Shown here: piece by piece, positions 6,223 to 15,813 of the stretch
How the letters are laid out: each line of letters begins with the position of its first letter
Position numbering within the stretch: the stretch's first letter is position 1
Virus record (IMG/VR): IMGVR_UViG_3300045988_055586
Location: 1-38,403 of that record
Reading direction: 5' to 3' (one strand)
From: a virus
DNA: 38,403 nucleotides
Program-made: the position numbers and the translations under genes
Notes under the pieces: generated by a model
The model's database searches: none
Seen by the model: the letters and a program-made list of their open reading frames with translations, nothing else
Told to the model about the DNA's origin: nothing

Positions 6223-8142
6223 ATGGACGAGAAAATGGTTCCGGCGGAGCTGCCGGGAAAGAAGATCGGAGAGCAGCAGATACAGAAGTGGATGCAGGTG
6301 CTCCGAGAGTACAAAAAGGGCAAGCACAGCGTGGACACCCGCATCATCAACGCTGAGAGCTGGTGGAAGCTGCGCAACACCACAGAGGAGGACCGGGAGT
6401 CCGATGTGCAGCGAGCGGGATTTCGAAGCCGAAGCGCGTGGCTCCACAATGTGATTACCAACAAGCACGCGGACGCCATGGAGGCCTACCCGGAGCCGGT
6501 AGTGCTGCCTCGGGAGGAGGGCGACCGGGCGGAGGCGAAGATGCTCTCGTCCATCCTGCCGGCCATCCTGGAGCAAAACCGATTTGAGCGCACCTGGTCG
6601 GACGCCATGTGGCAGAAGCTAAAGGGCGGCACCGGGTGTTACAAGGTGGTGTGGGACCAGAGCCGAATGAACGGGCTGGGCGACATTGCCGTGGAGCGGG
6701 TGAACCTCCTGAACCTGTTTTGGGAGCCGGGGGTGGAGGACATCCAGCGGTCCCGCTATGTTTTCCACACGGAGCTGATGGACAAGGACCTGGTACAGCA
6801 GGCCTACCCACAGGCGGCGGAGCAGATCAAGACAAACACCTTTATCGCGCAGAAGTTCCTCTACGACGACACGGTGCCAACCGACGACAAGTGCACGGTG
6901 ATCGAGGTCTACTACCATGTGGGGCGGGTGCTGCACTACTGCAAGTTTGTGGGAGATGTGGTACTTTACGCCACGGAGAACGAGACGGAGATGCCGGTCC
7001 GGCGGATGGTGCAGGAGGGACCGGAGGGCCCGGTGGAAGTGGATGTTCCGGCGGGGCCATCCATGGCAGAGACAGGACTTTACGAGCACGGACTATATCC
7101 CTATGTGCTGGATCCGCTGTTCCCTGTAGAGGGAAGTCCCTGCGGGTACGGCTATGTGGATCTATGCAAGTCACCGCAAGAAGAAATCGACCTGCTGCGG
7201 ACGGCGGTGGCCAAAAATGCCGTGGCCGGAGCAACACCACGATACTTTATCCGCGCGGACGGCGGCGTGAATGAGACGGAGTTTGCCGACTGGACACTGC
7301 CCTTTGTGCATACCAGCGGCAACCTGGGCGAGGATTCCCTGCGGCCGCTGGACTACAACCCGCTCCAGGGGAACTATCTTGCATTTTTGCAGGAGACAGT
7401 GCAGGAGCTGCGAGAGACCAGCGGCAACACGGAGACGGCCACCGGCTCCACCTCTGCGGGTGTGACGGCGGCCAGCGCCATTGCAGCATTGCAGGAGGCA
7501 AGCGGCAAGGGCTCCCGAGACAGCACCCGGGCCGGATACAGGGCCTACCGGGAGATCATAACACTGTGCATTGAGCTTATACGGCAATTTTACGATGCAC
7601 CGAGGAAATTCCGCATCGTGGGACAGAGCGGCCAGGAAGAATTTGTGACCTACAACAACAGCGGACTGCAGCCCCAGGCCCAAACGAGCGACTTTGGCAT
7701 TGACCTGGGCTATCGGCTGCCGGCCTTTGACATCTCCGTGCAGGCGCAGAAGCAAACCGCCTATACCACCATGGCGCAAAATGAGCTAGCCTTGCAGTTC
7801 TACCAGCTGGGATTCTTCGACCCGGCCCGGACGGATCAGACGCTCATGTGCCTGGACATGATGGACTTCCGAGGCAAGGAGGAGATGCTGCAAAAGATCC
7901 GCAGCATGGGCGCCCTGTACGACCGCATGATGCAGCTGACACAGTACGCGGCGGCTTTGGCAGCCAAGCACGAGGATGCTACGGCTCTGGCACAGGTACA
8001 GGCCATGATGAGCGGAACCCCAGAGGCCCAAGTGGGAACAGCAGCGGTGGAGCCCAATGCAGAGCGGTCACAGGAGAACGGTCTGGTGCGGAAAGCCAGG
8101 AATCAGGCACGGGAGGCATCCCAGCCGGGAGGCGGGACATGA
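6223..8142 (+). CDS. Portal protein
   Basis: 639 aa, immediately downstream of TerL and upstream of the protease and scaffold. Confidence 0.75.
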   Translation: MDEKMVPAELPGKKIGEQQIQKWMQVLREYKKGKHSVDTRIINAESWWKLRNTTEEDRESDVQRAGFRSRSAWLHNVITNKHADAMEAYPEPVVLPREEGDRAEAKMLSSILPAILEQNRFERTWSDAMWQKLKGGTGCYKVVWDQSRMNGLGDIAVERVNLLNLFWEPGVEDIQRSRYVFHTELMDKDLVQQAYPQAAEQIKTNTFIAQKFLYDDTVPTDDKCTVIEVYYHVGRVLHYCKFVGDVVLYATENETEMPVRRMVQEGPEGPVEVDVPAGPSMAETGLYEHGLYPYVLDPLFPVEGSPCGYGYVDLCKSPQEEIDLLRTAVAKNAVAGATPRYFIRADGGVNETEFADWTLPFVHTSGNLGEDSLRPLDYNPLQGNYLAFLQETVQELRETSGNTETATGSTSAGVTAASAIAALQEASGKGSRDSTRAGYRAYREIITLCIELIRQFYDAPRKFRIVGQSGQEEFVTYNNSGLQPQAQTSDFGIDLGYRLPAFDISVQAQKQTAYTTMAQNELALQFYQLGFFDPARTDQTLMCLDMMDFRGKEEMLQKIRSMGALYDRMMQLTQYAAALAAKHEDATALAQVQAMMSGTPEAQVGTAAVEPNAERSQENGLVRKARNQAREASQPGGGT

Positions 8143-8471
8143 TCCGGGTACAGTATGACGCCCAGCGGCTGCGCCTGTCGGTATCGGGACACGCCGGCAG
8201 TGCGCCAAAGGGGCAGGACCTGGTGTGCGCGGCAGCTACGACGCTTGTTTATACGGCGGCGCAGATGCTCCGGGAGGCCGAAGACGAGGGCCTGGCGGAG
8301 GATGTGAGGTTTTGGGCAGATGACGGAAAGGCCGAACTGGTAGCCAAGGCAAAGCCGGGTGCAGACAAGGAACTCGCGGGCCGGATGGAGGCTGTTTGTA
8401 TCGGCTTTCGGATGCTCGAAAAAAATTATCCGAAATTTATTCGAGTGGAGGGGAGAAAAGCGACTCCCTGA
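8139..8471 (+). CDS. prp: Prp-type (DUF464, ribosomal-processing) cysteine protease homologue
   Basis: ATG 8139 overlaps the portal stop. VSGHAGSAPKGQDLVCAAATTLV has the His-x12-Cys dyad spacing of Prp. C-terminal ...LEKNYPKFIRVE. The listed ORF 7848-8471 extends into the portal gene. Confidence 0.75.
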   Translation: MIRVQYDAQRLRLSVSGHAGSAPKGQDLVCAAATTLVYTAAQMLREAEDEGLAEDVRFWADDGKAELVAKAKPGADKELAGRMEAVCIGFRMLEKNYPKFIRVEGRKATP

Positions 8472-8546
8472 TGATGTAAAGTGGAAACAGAAGGTCCGGC
8501 GGACCTTATCACGGGAGCGCCCACCTGACGGGCAGAAAGGAAATTT

Positions 8547-9509
8547 ATGAAAGATTTTCTGTGGCTTCAGATCTTCGCGGAAGGCGAGGGGGAAGCATCG
8601 GGCGTAACGGCTCCTGACGCCGAGGAGCAGCAGCTAAAGGCACTGGGCGTGCCGGAGGAAAAGATCAGAAAACGGGCGCAGCGGAGCGCGAGGGAGACTG
8701 TTCCCACTCGGGGAGACCAGGAACCGCAGCAGGACGCAGGACAGGACGCCGCTGTCGAGACGGAGGAGCCTACAAAGGCATCCCGGATGACCTGGAAGGA
8801 GATCATGGCAGACCCCGAGTACAACGGGGAGATGCAGAAGCTGATCCAGGAGCGGGTGAAAAACCTAAAGCCACAGCAGGAAGCCATGAAGGCACTGACT
8901 CCGGCGCTGGAGATGCTGGCAGGCCGATACGGTCTGACGGCGGGGAAGGAGCTGGACGGTAAAGCCCTGGCTGATGCCATCATGCACGATGACAGTCTCT
9001 ACGAGGACAAAGCGGCAGAGATGGGCATTTCGCCGGAGATGGCCCGGCGGCTGGACCGCATGGAGTATTTGGAGAAAATGCTGGCCGAGCGGGACCGGGA
9101 GACGGAGCAGGAGCGGCAGGTGCGTGAGCACATGGCCGGGCTCATGCAGCAGGCAGAGGAGCTTAAAAAGGACATACCCAGCTTTGATCTGCAGGCGGAG
9201 CTCCAGAACCCCGCCTTTGTGCGCCTGACGGCGCCTGGGGTAGGCGTGAGCGTGATGGACGCATTCTACGCCGTGCATCGCAAGGAAATGCAGGAAATGG
9301 CCCAGAAGAGGGCTGCCAAGGAGACGGCGGAGCAGCTGGCAGCATCCATCCAGGCGGGGAGGCAGAGACCCGTGGAAAACGGGACCTCGGCCCAGGCACC
9401 GACCACCACACACTTTGATTACGGAAACATGACAAAAGAGCAGCGGGTGGCCCTACGGCAGAAGATCAGGGAAGCCGCTGCCAGAGGGGAGAAGATCTAT
9501 CCCGTGTGA
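8547..9509 (+). CDS. Scaffolding protein
   Basis: 320 aa, acidic and coiled-coil-rich, lying between protease and capsid. The N-terminus MKDFLWLQIFA/EGE carries a Prp-type cleavage motif. Confidence 0.7.
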   Translation: MKDFLWLQIFAEGEGEASGVTAPDAEEQQLKALGVPEEKIRKRAQRSARETVPTRGDQEPQQDAGQDAAVETEEPTKASRMTWKEIMADPEYNGEMQKLIQERVKNLKPQQEAMKALTPALEMLAGRYGLTAGKELDGKALADAIMHDDSLYEDKAAEMGISPEMARRLDRMEYLEKMLAERDRETEQERQVREHMAGLMQQAEELKKDIPSFDLQAELQNPAFVRLTAPGVGVSVMDAFYAVHRKEMQEMAQKRAAKETAEQLAASIQAGRQRPVENGTSAQAPTTTHFDYGNMTKEQRVALRQKIREAAARGEKIYPV

Positions 9510-9535
9510 CGGACTTCTACCGGAAAGGAGAAGAG

Positions 9536-10663
9536 ATGTACAACTTTTACAAAATGAACCTGCAGATGTTCGCGGATGCGGGTACGCTGGTAAATACCAG
9601 CGTGAATTACGCGAATGCCTACGACAAGACCCAGAAAACGGAGTTCTCGGGCACCAACACCCTGGACCCCACCATCAAGACCTACTATGACAAGGAGCTG
9701 CTGGAGAACGCGCGAACCACGATGTACTATACCCAGTTCGCCGAGAAGCGGCCCTTGCCCGCCAACCACGGCAGCACCATCGAATGGCGCAAGTGGAACA
9801 CCTTTGAGCGGGCAGATAAGCTCATTGAAGGTGTGATCCCCGAGGGCCAGAAGTTTGGCATGACAAAGAAGACCGGCGCCATCGCCCAATACGGCACCTA
9901 TGCAGCTATCTCGGACCGCCTGGAGACCCGGGCCTTTGACGATGTGATTCTGGGTGCTACGGAGGAGATGTCCGCCTCCCTGAGCGAGACCCAGGAGACC
10001 CTGCTGCGGAACTCTCTGCTCACCGGCACCAATGTGCTGTACTGCGACAATGTGGACGAGACCGGCAAGGTGCTATCTACCCCCACATCCTGTGCGACTA
10101 TGGCGGCGGGCGGCACCACAGGTCAGGGTGAATCGGCTACCCCCAACGGCTGGGCCAAGCTGACCCCCACCATGATCAACAAGGCGGCCACCATCCTGAA
10201 AAAGAGCAAGGTTAAGCCCATCAACGGCAAGTTCGTGTGCATCATCCACCCCTCCGTGGCCTTTGACCTGCGCCAGGACGAGGCATGGATGGAGGTACAC
10301 AAGTACGCGGCCACCACGGAGATCTTCAATGGCGAGATCGGAGAGCTGCACGGCGTTCGATTCATTGAGAACCCCGATGCGGCGGTGCTGAGTATGGTGG
10401 GCGAGACCTCCTACAAAAACAAGGCGGGCGGTGTGACCTACGCCAGCTATTTCTTCGGCAAGGACGCATTTGCGACCATTGAGCCGGGTGGCGGCAACGC
10501 AGAGATCATCGTGAAAAACCGCGGCGAGATCGGCGGCCCTCTGGAACAGTTCTCCACGGTGGGCTATAAGTTCGAGACAGGCCACATGGTCCTGTATCCC
10601 GAGCGCCTGCTGCGGGTGATGAGCGTCAGCGCTTACAGCGCGGTGGACGAGTCCAACTACTAA
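9536..10663 (+). CDS. Major capsid protein (HK97 fold; possibly N4-gp56-like family)
   Basis: AAGGAG upstream of ATG 9536. N-terminus MYNFYKMNLQMFA/DAGT. Typical ...GSTIEWRKW... and ...GEIGELHGVRFIENP... blocks. Followed by a hairpin at 10674-10697. Confidence 0.85.
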   Translation: MYNFYKMNLQMFADAGTLVNTSVNYANAYDKTQKTEFSGTNTLDPTIKTYYDKELLENARTTMYYTQFAEKRPLPANHGSTIEWRKWNTFERADKLIEGVIPEGQKFGMTKKTGAIAQYGTYAAISDRLETRAFDDVILGATEEMSASLSETQETLLRNSLLTGTNVLYCDNVDETGKVLSTPTSCATMAAGGTTGQGESATPNGWAKLTPTMINKAATILKKSKVKPINGKFVCIIHPSVAFDLRQDEAWMEVHKYAATTEIFNGEIGELHGVRFIENPDAAVLSMVGETSYKNKAGGVTYASYFFGKDAFATIEPGGGNAEIIVKNRGEIGGPLEQFSTVGYKFETGHMVLYPERLLRVMSVSAYSAVDESNY

Positions 10664-10721
10664 TGCTGTCAGAGCCGGGCGGGCTTACCCGTCCGGCGGG
10701 ACAGGGAAAGGACGGCTATAC

Positions 10722-10958
10722 ATGGCTGAGAAGAAAAAGAGCGAAGTATTCATTCCCAAAAGACCCGGAGACGGGGACCCCAACCTCTATGTGGGGATCA
10801 ACGGAAAAAGCTACCTGATCCCCAAGGGGCGGAAGGTCCTGGTGCCGGAAGAGGTGGCGCAGGAGGTAGCGCGGGCCGCTGCGGCTGAGTCGGCACAGAC
10901 GGAGGAACAGGAGCGCCGGGCCGCAGAGGCTGAGAAAATGTGGGGTGCTCTGAACTGA
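10722..10958 (+). CDS. Hypothetical small head-associated protein
   Basis: 78 aa. Call rests on position after the capsid gene. Confidence 0.5.
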   Translation: MAEKKKSEVFIPKRPGDGDPNLYVGINGKSYLIPKGRKVLVPEEVAQEVARAAAAESAQTEEQERRAAEAEKMWGALN

Positions 10959-10977
10959 GCGGCATCAAATAACACGG

Positions 10978-11010
10978 AGGAGGGAGAGGCGGTGGCTTCT
11001 CCCTCCTTTG
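10978..11010 (+). terminator. Terminator-like hairpin
   Basis: aggagggaga-loop-tctccctcct followed by ttg. The U-tract is short. Confidence 0.4.
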
Positions 11011-11028
11011 GCTAACAGGGAGAAAAAA

Positions 11029-11403
11029 ATGAAAGTACGAGAGGCGATAGAGCTGGCGGACGCTATGCGCCCGAACCAGTTTGATGAATCGGTAAAAATC
11101 AAATGGCTGTCCAAGCTGGACGGAATGCTGTTTGAAGAGATATTCAAAACGCATGAGGGGTGCCCGGCGGAGAGCTTCACGCCATACACGGAGCTAGACG
11201 GGGAGAAAGAGCTGCTGGTCCCGGCCCCCTATGACCAGGATGTTTACAACTACTTTTTGCAGGCGCAGATCGACGCCGAGAACGGGGAAGCGGCGAAGTA
11301 TAACCAGTCTATTACCCTATACAACGCGGCAGCAAAGCTTTTCGGCGACTGGTACAACCGCACGCATATGCCCATCGCGGCGGCGCGGGCACTGCTGTTT
11401 TGA
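11029..11403 (+). CDS. Hypothetical structural protein (possible head-tail adaptor)
   Basis: ATG 11029 follows GGGAGA. The listed ORF starts at TTG 11008, inside the hairpin. The functional call is from position only. Confidence 0.45.
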   Translation: MKVREAIELADAMRPNQFDESVKIKWLSKLDGMLFEEIFKTHEGCPAESFTPYTELDGEKELLVPAPYDQDVYNYFLQAQIDAENGEAAKYNQSITLYNAAAKLFGDWYNRTHMPIAAARALLF

Positions 11404-11416
11404 GAGGAGGGAGACC

Positions 11417-13195
11417 ATGCCGTTTTTTCCGACGGTGCAGGCACAGACAGCCCAGCGACGGGTGACAGATGTGTTTGCCGGGTACAACCACAACCTGCGC
11501 ATAAATGAAGGGGAATTTTACGACGAAGAGAATCTATGCTCCGACGACTACCCGCTGCTGTCTACCAGGCGTCATCGGGGAGTATATGCAGCGCCGGCGG
11601 CTGCACAGGGACTCATTGCCAAGGATGCGCTGTGCTATGTGGATGGGACGGAGTTTGTGATCAACGAAAAGCGGATCGAGATGGGGATCTCTACAGAAGC
11701 GGAAATGTGTCCTAAGAGCCTGGTGTCCATGGGCGCCTATGTGATAATCCTGCCGGACCGAAAGTACATCAACACGGCAGACCTGAGCGACTTCGGGAGC
11801 ATTGAGGCGAGCTACACCTCCGTGTCTGATGTAACCTTTAACCTGTGCACGGTGAACGGGGCCAGGCTGGATGTAATTGCAGGAGCAGCGGCACCGGAGA
11901 ACCCGAAAAACGGAGAATATTGGCTTGACACTTCGGCAACGCCTCACACACTGAAGGTTTACAGCGAAACCAGTGCCATGTGGATGTCCGTGGTTACGAC
12001 CTATGTGAAAATCTCCGCAACCGGCATAGGGGCGCAGTTTGAGCAGTATGACGGTGTGACCATCTCCGGTATTGTGAAAACCGGCGTGAAGGACCTGAAT
12101 GGGTCCGCCATTATATGGGCCAAGGATGAAAACTATATCGTTGTGGTGGGAATCCTGGACACGGAGATCACCCAGACGGCGGAGGAGGGTGCTGTCACCA
12201 TCGCCCGGAAGATGCCGGAGATGGATTTTGTCATTGAGAGCGGCAACCGGCTCTGGGGATGCAAGTACGGCATGGTGGACGGAAAGACCGTGAACGAGAT
12301 ATACGCCAGCAAACTGGGCGACTTTCGCAACTGGAACTGTTTCATGGGTATCTCCACGGACAGCTACGCGGCCTCCTGTGGTACGGACGGACAGTGGACA
12401 GGCGCCATCACGCACCTGGGCTACCCGCTGTTTTTCAAGGAGAATTGCCTACACAAGGTGTATGGAACTGCCCCATCCAGCTACCAGATACAGACCACGG
12501 CGTGCCGTGGCGTGCAGAAGGGGAGCGGTAAAAGCCTGGCCATAGTAAACGAAGTGCTCTACTACAAGAGCCGGGGCGGCGTGTGCGCATACGACGGGAG
12601 CCTGCCGGCGGAAATCTCCGATGCCTTCGGCGGCGTGCTCTATTCAGATGCGGTGGGCGGTGGACATCGAAATAAGTACTACCTAAGCATGAAGAATTCC
12701 GGCGGGATTTGGAACCTGTTTGTGTATGACGCAAGGCTGGGTGTTTGGCACCGGGAGGACAACACACACGCAAATGCCTGGTGCTCCTGCCGGGATGAGA
12801 TGTACTACATCGATGCGGCGGACGGAAAGATACGGACGGTGCTGGGCAGTGGCCAGACAGAGACGGGGAAAATACAATGGAGGGCAGAGAGCGGTCTCTT
12901 TGTATCCGTTCTGAGCAGCGCCAAGTATCCGGATTATGCGGCGGGCAAGAAGTATGTGGGGAGGCTGATGCTTCGCATGACGCTGGATCCCGGGGCCACC
13001 ATGCAGGCCTATGTGGAATATGATTCCTCCGGAGTGTGGGAGCAGCTGTGGAGCATGACGGGAAAGAACCTGCAAACCTTTACCTTCCCGGTGCGCCCCA
13101 GGCGGTGCGACCACTTTCGGCTGCGGCTGGTGGGGCAGGGCGGCGCGAAGCTCTACAGCCTTACCAAAACGCTGGAAAAGGGGAGTGATCTTTGA
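11417..13195 (+). CDS. Large tail/hub structural protein (possible nozzle)
   Basis: GAGGAGGGAG upstream of ATG 11417 (MPFFPTVQAQ...). The listed 11231 start overlaps the previous gene. Repetitive beta-rich ...LYYKSRGGVCAYDG... and ...MYYIDAADGKI... segments. Confidence 0.55.
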   Translation: MPFFPTVQAQTAQRRVTDVFAGYNHNLRINEGEFYDEENLCSDDYPLLSTRRHRGVYAAPAAAQGLIAKDALCYVDGTEFVINEKRIEMGISTEAEMCPKSLVSMGAYVIILPDRKYINTADLSDFGSIEASYTSVSDVTFNLCTVNGARLDVIAGAAAPENPKNGEYWLDTSATPHTLKVYSETSAMWMSVVTTYVKISATGIGAQFEQYDGVTISGIVKTGVKDLNGSAIIWAKDENYIVVVGILDTEITQTAEEGAVTIARKMPEMDFVIESGNRLWGCKYGMVDGKTVNEIYASKLGDFRNWNCFMGISTDSYAASCGTDGQWTGAITHLGYPLFFKENCLHKVYGTAPSSYQIQTTACRGVQKGSGKSLAIVNEVLYYKSRGGVCAYDGSLPAEISDAFGGVLYSDAVGGGHRNKYYLSMKNSGGIWNLFVYDARLGVWHREDNTHANAWCSCRDEMYYIDAADGKIRTVLGSGQTETGKIQWRAESGLFVSVLSSAKYPDYAAGKKYVGRLMLRMTLDPGATMQAYVEYDSSGVWEQLWSMTGKNLQTFTFPVRPRRCDHFRLRLVGQGGAKLYSLTKTLEKGSDL

Positions 13196-13956
13196 TGGAG
13201 ATACGGTTTCCAAACATCTCTCCCGATGCCAGGGCCACAGAGCAGCTGGGGCAAATGCGCAGCTACCTATATCAGCTGGTACAGGATCTAAACCTATCCC
13301 TGAAACAGTTAGAGTCCAAGGACGAGAGTGAAACCACTGAACAGGCGGCGGCAAAAGCTGCCAAAGAGCGGGAGGAACGAAACCAACAAGCGGCGGTGGG
13401 GCTGAAGAGCCTGATCGTGAAAACGGCGGAGACGGTGTCCCGGCAGGTGGAGCAGATGAAGTCGGAGCTGCGGGGGGAATATGTGGCGGTGTCGGACTTC
13501 GGGACCTATCTGGAAAAGACCAGCCAGGAAATTGAGGAGGATCCCGCCAAGATCACCCGGTATTTTAAGTTTGCAGCGGACATCCAGGCGGATGTGGACA
13601 AGGTGGACGCGGACTTTTCCGCCTACAAGACCGATGTGCAGGGGTATATCCGCCAGGGCATCGTGGACTATGACGGGGTGACGCCCATCATCGGCATTGC
13701 CATCGGCCAGGACATCCGCACCACCCAGACCGGGGTGGAGACGGAGCAGGGGGTCTTTGATGTTATAGACAAGCGGAGCAATATGTCCGTGTGGACCACG
13801 GAGAAGCTGTCGTTTTACATCGGCGGCCAGGAGGCGGCCTACTTCTCCAACGGCAAGCTGACGGTGGCCCAGATCGCCACAAATCGCATCACCGGCGCAG
13901 GCGGGTGGGATGTGAGCTTCACCGGGGGCGTGAAATTCAAGTGGATCGGAGGGTGA
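13195..13956 (+). CDS. Coiled-coil tail protein (needle/fibre-like)
   Basis: ATG 13195 overlaps the previous TGA. Central heptad-rich region and a beta-rich C-terminus. Confidence 0.5.
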   Translation: MEIRFPNISPDARATEQLGQMRSYLYQLVQDLNLSLKQLESKDESETTEQAAAKAAKEREERNQQAAVGLKSLIVKTAETVSRQVEQMKSELRGEYVAVSDFGTYLEKTSQEIEEDPAKITRYFKFAADIQADVDKVDADFSAYKTDVQGYIRQGIVDYDGVTPIIGIAIGQDIRTTQTGVETEQGVFDVIDKRSNMSVWTTEKLSFYIGGQEAAYFSNGKLTVAQIATNRITGAGGWDVSFTGGVKFKWIGG

Positions 13957-13960
13957 GAGC

Positions 13961-15799
13961 ATGGGCGAGACCATCAAGACGGATGTGAAATACAAGTCCT
14001 ATTTCTGGGTGAAATGGGAGGTGCAGGAGCAGGATACGGCGTCGAACAAGTCCACCATCGCCTGGTCCTGCGGCCTGAGCCCCGGGGAGCAGTACTATAC
14101 CAATGCCATACGAATGTCGGCGGTGACGATAGGCGGCGTGGAGGTGTACGCCGGAGGCACCTACTCCGACATTACGGACTACAAGGACCGCACCTTCGGA
14201 TCCGGCACCCTGGAGGTGGAGCATGACGGGGACGGCAGCAAGACCCTGGTGGTGGGGGCCTTCTCCGGGTGGCTGTACGGCAACGGGGACTACAACGCCT
14301 CCAGCCGAAGCTTCGCCCTGCCCACCATCCCCCGGGCCACCACGCCCGGTATCGGCGGCGTGACTATAGGGGAGACGGCGCACATTAGCCTGCCCAGAGC
14401 GTCCAGTGGCTTTACGCATACCCTGCGCTATGTGTTCGGCGGGGTGGCGGAGACCATTGCAAGGGGTGTGACCGCGGGCTATGACTGGCTTGTGCCGGAG
14501 AGCCTGGCGGCCCAGATTCCCAATGCGGCCAGCGGCAAGGGCACACTGACCTGCGAGACCTACAGCGGCGGCACCTGCATCGGGACGAAATCGGTGACCT
14601 TTACGGCCTCGGTGCCCGGGAGCATGAAGCCGACGGTTTTGAGCGGCTGGGCGGCGGTGAGCTACGACAACAGCGGCACGGCGGCGGAGAATATGGCTGC
14701 CTGGGTGCAGGGGTATTCCAAGGCCAAGGCTACCTTTGACGCAAGCAAGGTCACCTGCCGGCAGGGGGCCGGGGTCAGCAAGTTTTCCATTACCTACCTG
14801 GGAAAGACCACGGCGGGGAATCCTTGCCGGACGGAGACTATTTCCACCACCGGCGCCACGGTGCGCTGCACGGTGACGGACAGTCGGGGGCTGACGGCCT
14901 GGGAGGATTTCAGCCTTGCGCTGCTGGAGTACGCCCCGCCTGCCCTGGTGGGGGCGGACCTGTTTCGCTCGGACGGAGAGGGCGCGGCGGCGGACGGCGG
15001 GACGCACATTGCCGGGGTGGCCCGGGCCCGGTACTCTGAGCTGGGGGGCCTGAACAGCGTGACGCTGAAGGGCTACTGGAAGAGCGTGGGCGGCGGCTAC
15101 GGAGCGGGGGAGACCCTGACGGTGGGGGCCGTGGGCCTGGTGACGGGGGATGTGGAAATTTCCGCAGACCGCAGCTACATAGCCCTGCTGGTGCTGACGG
15201 ACAGCCTGGGAAACAGCGCCCGCTATGAGGAGAACATCCCCACGGAGAAGGTGGCCTTCCACCTGAAGGAGGGCGGCAAGGGCGCGGCCTTCGGCAAGGC
15301 GGCGGAGACGGAGGGCCTGCTGGAGCTGGCGGAGGACTGGCATCTGAAGCTGACCGGAGCCACGGACCTGAATGCGGCGGCAGAGAAGATCGCCGTGCTG
15401 GACCCGGGAGGCGTGGTACGCTACCGGACGAAGGCGGAGCTGCTGGGAGACCTGGCGGCGGACTACATTGTAGAGCAGGGCGTAAGGGGCATATGGACTT
15501 ACCGGAAATGGGCCGGCGGTATTTTGGAATACTGGGGGAAGGAGCAGGGCTTCACCCTGGAGGACGGATGGCACGGGAGTCCGGCGGCGCCGCTTGCTGT
15601 TGTCAATGCCGAAAATTATACCGTGACGGTGACGAATTGGTACGGCACGGATGATAACCGGGCGGCGCGGGCCAATAGCATTACCTGCGGGGGCTTATAT
15701 GCAAACGGCAGCGTATCCGTATATGACAGAAACCCGGATGGGACCGTCGGGACGGGCTACCGGGCCTACTATTACCATGTGCATGCAAGGTGGAAATGA
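13961..15799 (+). CDS. Tail fibre / receptor-binding-like protein (DUF859-like N-terminal domain)
   Basis: GGAGGG upstream. The N-terminal pattern ...VQEQDTASNKSTIAWS...VTIGGVEV...GSGTLEVEHDGDGSK... is typical of Firmicutes phage fibre proteins. Confidence 0.55.
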   Translation: MGETIKTDVKYKSYFWVKWEVQEQDTASNKSTIAWSCGLSPGEQYYTNAIRMSAVTIGGVEVYAGGTYSDITDYKDRTFGSGTLEVEHDGDGSKTLVVGAFSGWLYGNGDYNASSRSFALPTIPRATTPGIGGVTIGETAHISLPRASSGFTHTLRYVFGGVAETIARGVTAGYDWLVPESLAAQIPNAASGKGTLTCETYSGGTCIGTKSVTFTASVPGSMKPTVLSGWAAVSYDNSGTAAENMAAWVQGYSKAKATFDASKVTCRQGAGVSKFSITYLGKTTAGNPCRTETISTTGATVRCTVTDSRGLTAWEDFSLALLEYAPPALVGADLFRSDGEGAAADGGTHIAGVARARYSELGGLNSVTLKGYWKSVGGGYGAGETLTVGAVGLVTGDVEISADRSYIALLVLTDSLGNSARYEENIPTEKVAFHLKEGGKGAAFGKAAETEGLLELAEDWHLKLTGATDLNAAAEKIAVLDPGGVVRYRTKAELLGDLAADYIVEQGVRGIWTYRKWAGGILEYWGKEQGFTLEDGWHGSPAAPLAVVNAENYTVTVTNWYGTDDNRAARANSITCGGLYANGSVSVYDRNPDGTVGTGYRAYYYHVHARWK

Positions 15800-15813
15800 A
15801 AGAGAGGGCGACT

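Noticed and set aside
7848-8138. Upstream extension of the Prp-like ORF into the portal gene
   Set aside because: The extension is Gly/Arg/Pro-rich and lies in the portal's alternative frame. ATG 8139 overlaps the portal stop and yields a Prp-sized (110 aa) protein.
10674-10697. Hairpin after the capsid gene considered as a terminator
   Set aside because: The stem has one mismatch and no following U-tract. It may act as an RNA-stability element, but a terminator call is not supported.
11231-11416. Upstream extension of the 592-aa tail gene (listed ORF start 11231)
   Set aside because: The extension overlaps the preceding gene by 170 nt and translates to Arg/Thr-rich sequence. ATG 11417 has a strong GAGGAGGGAG RBS.
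13937-15574. 545-aa ORF on the minus strand
   Set aside because: It lies entirely antisense to the well-supported fibre gene 13961-15799. The translation is Arg/Gly/Ala/Pro-rich, low-complexity sequence typical of shadow ORFs in GC-rich DNA, and there is no RBS.
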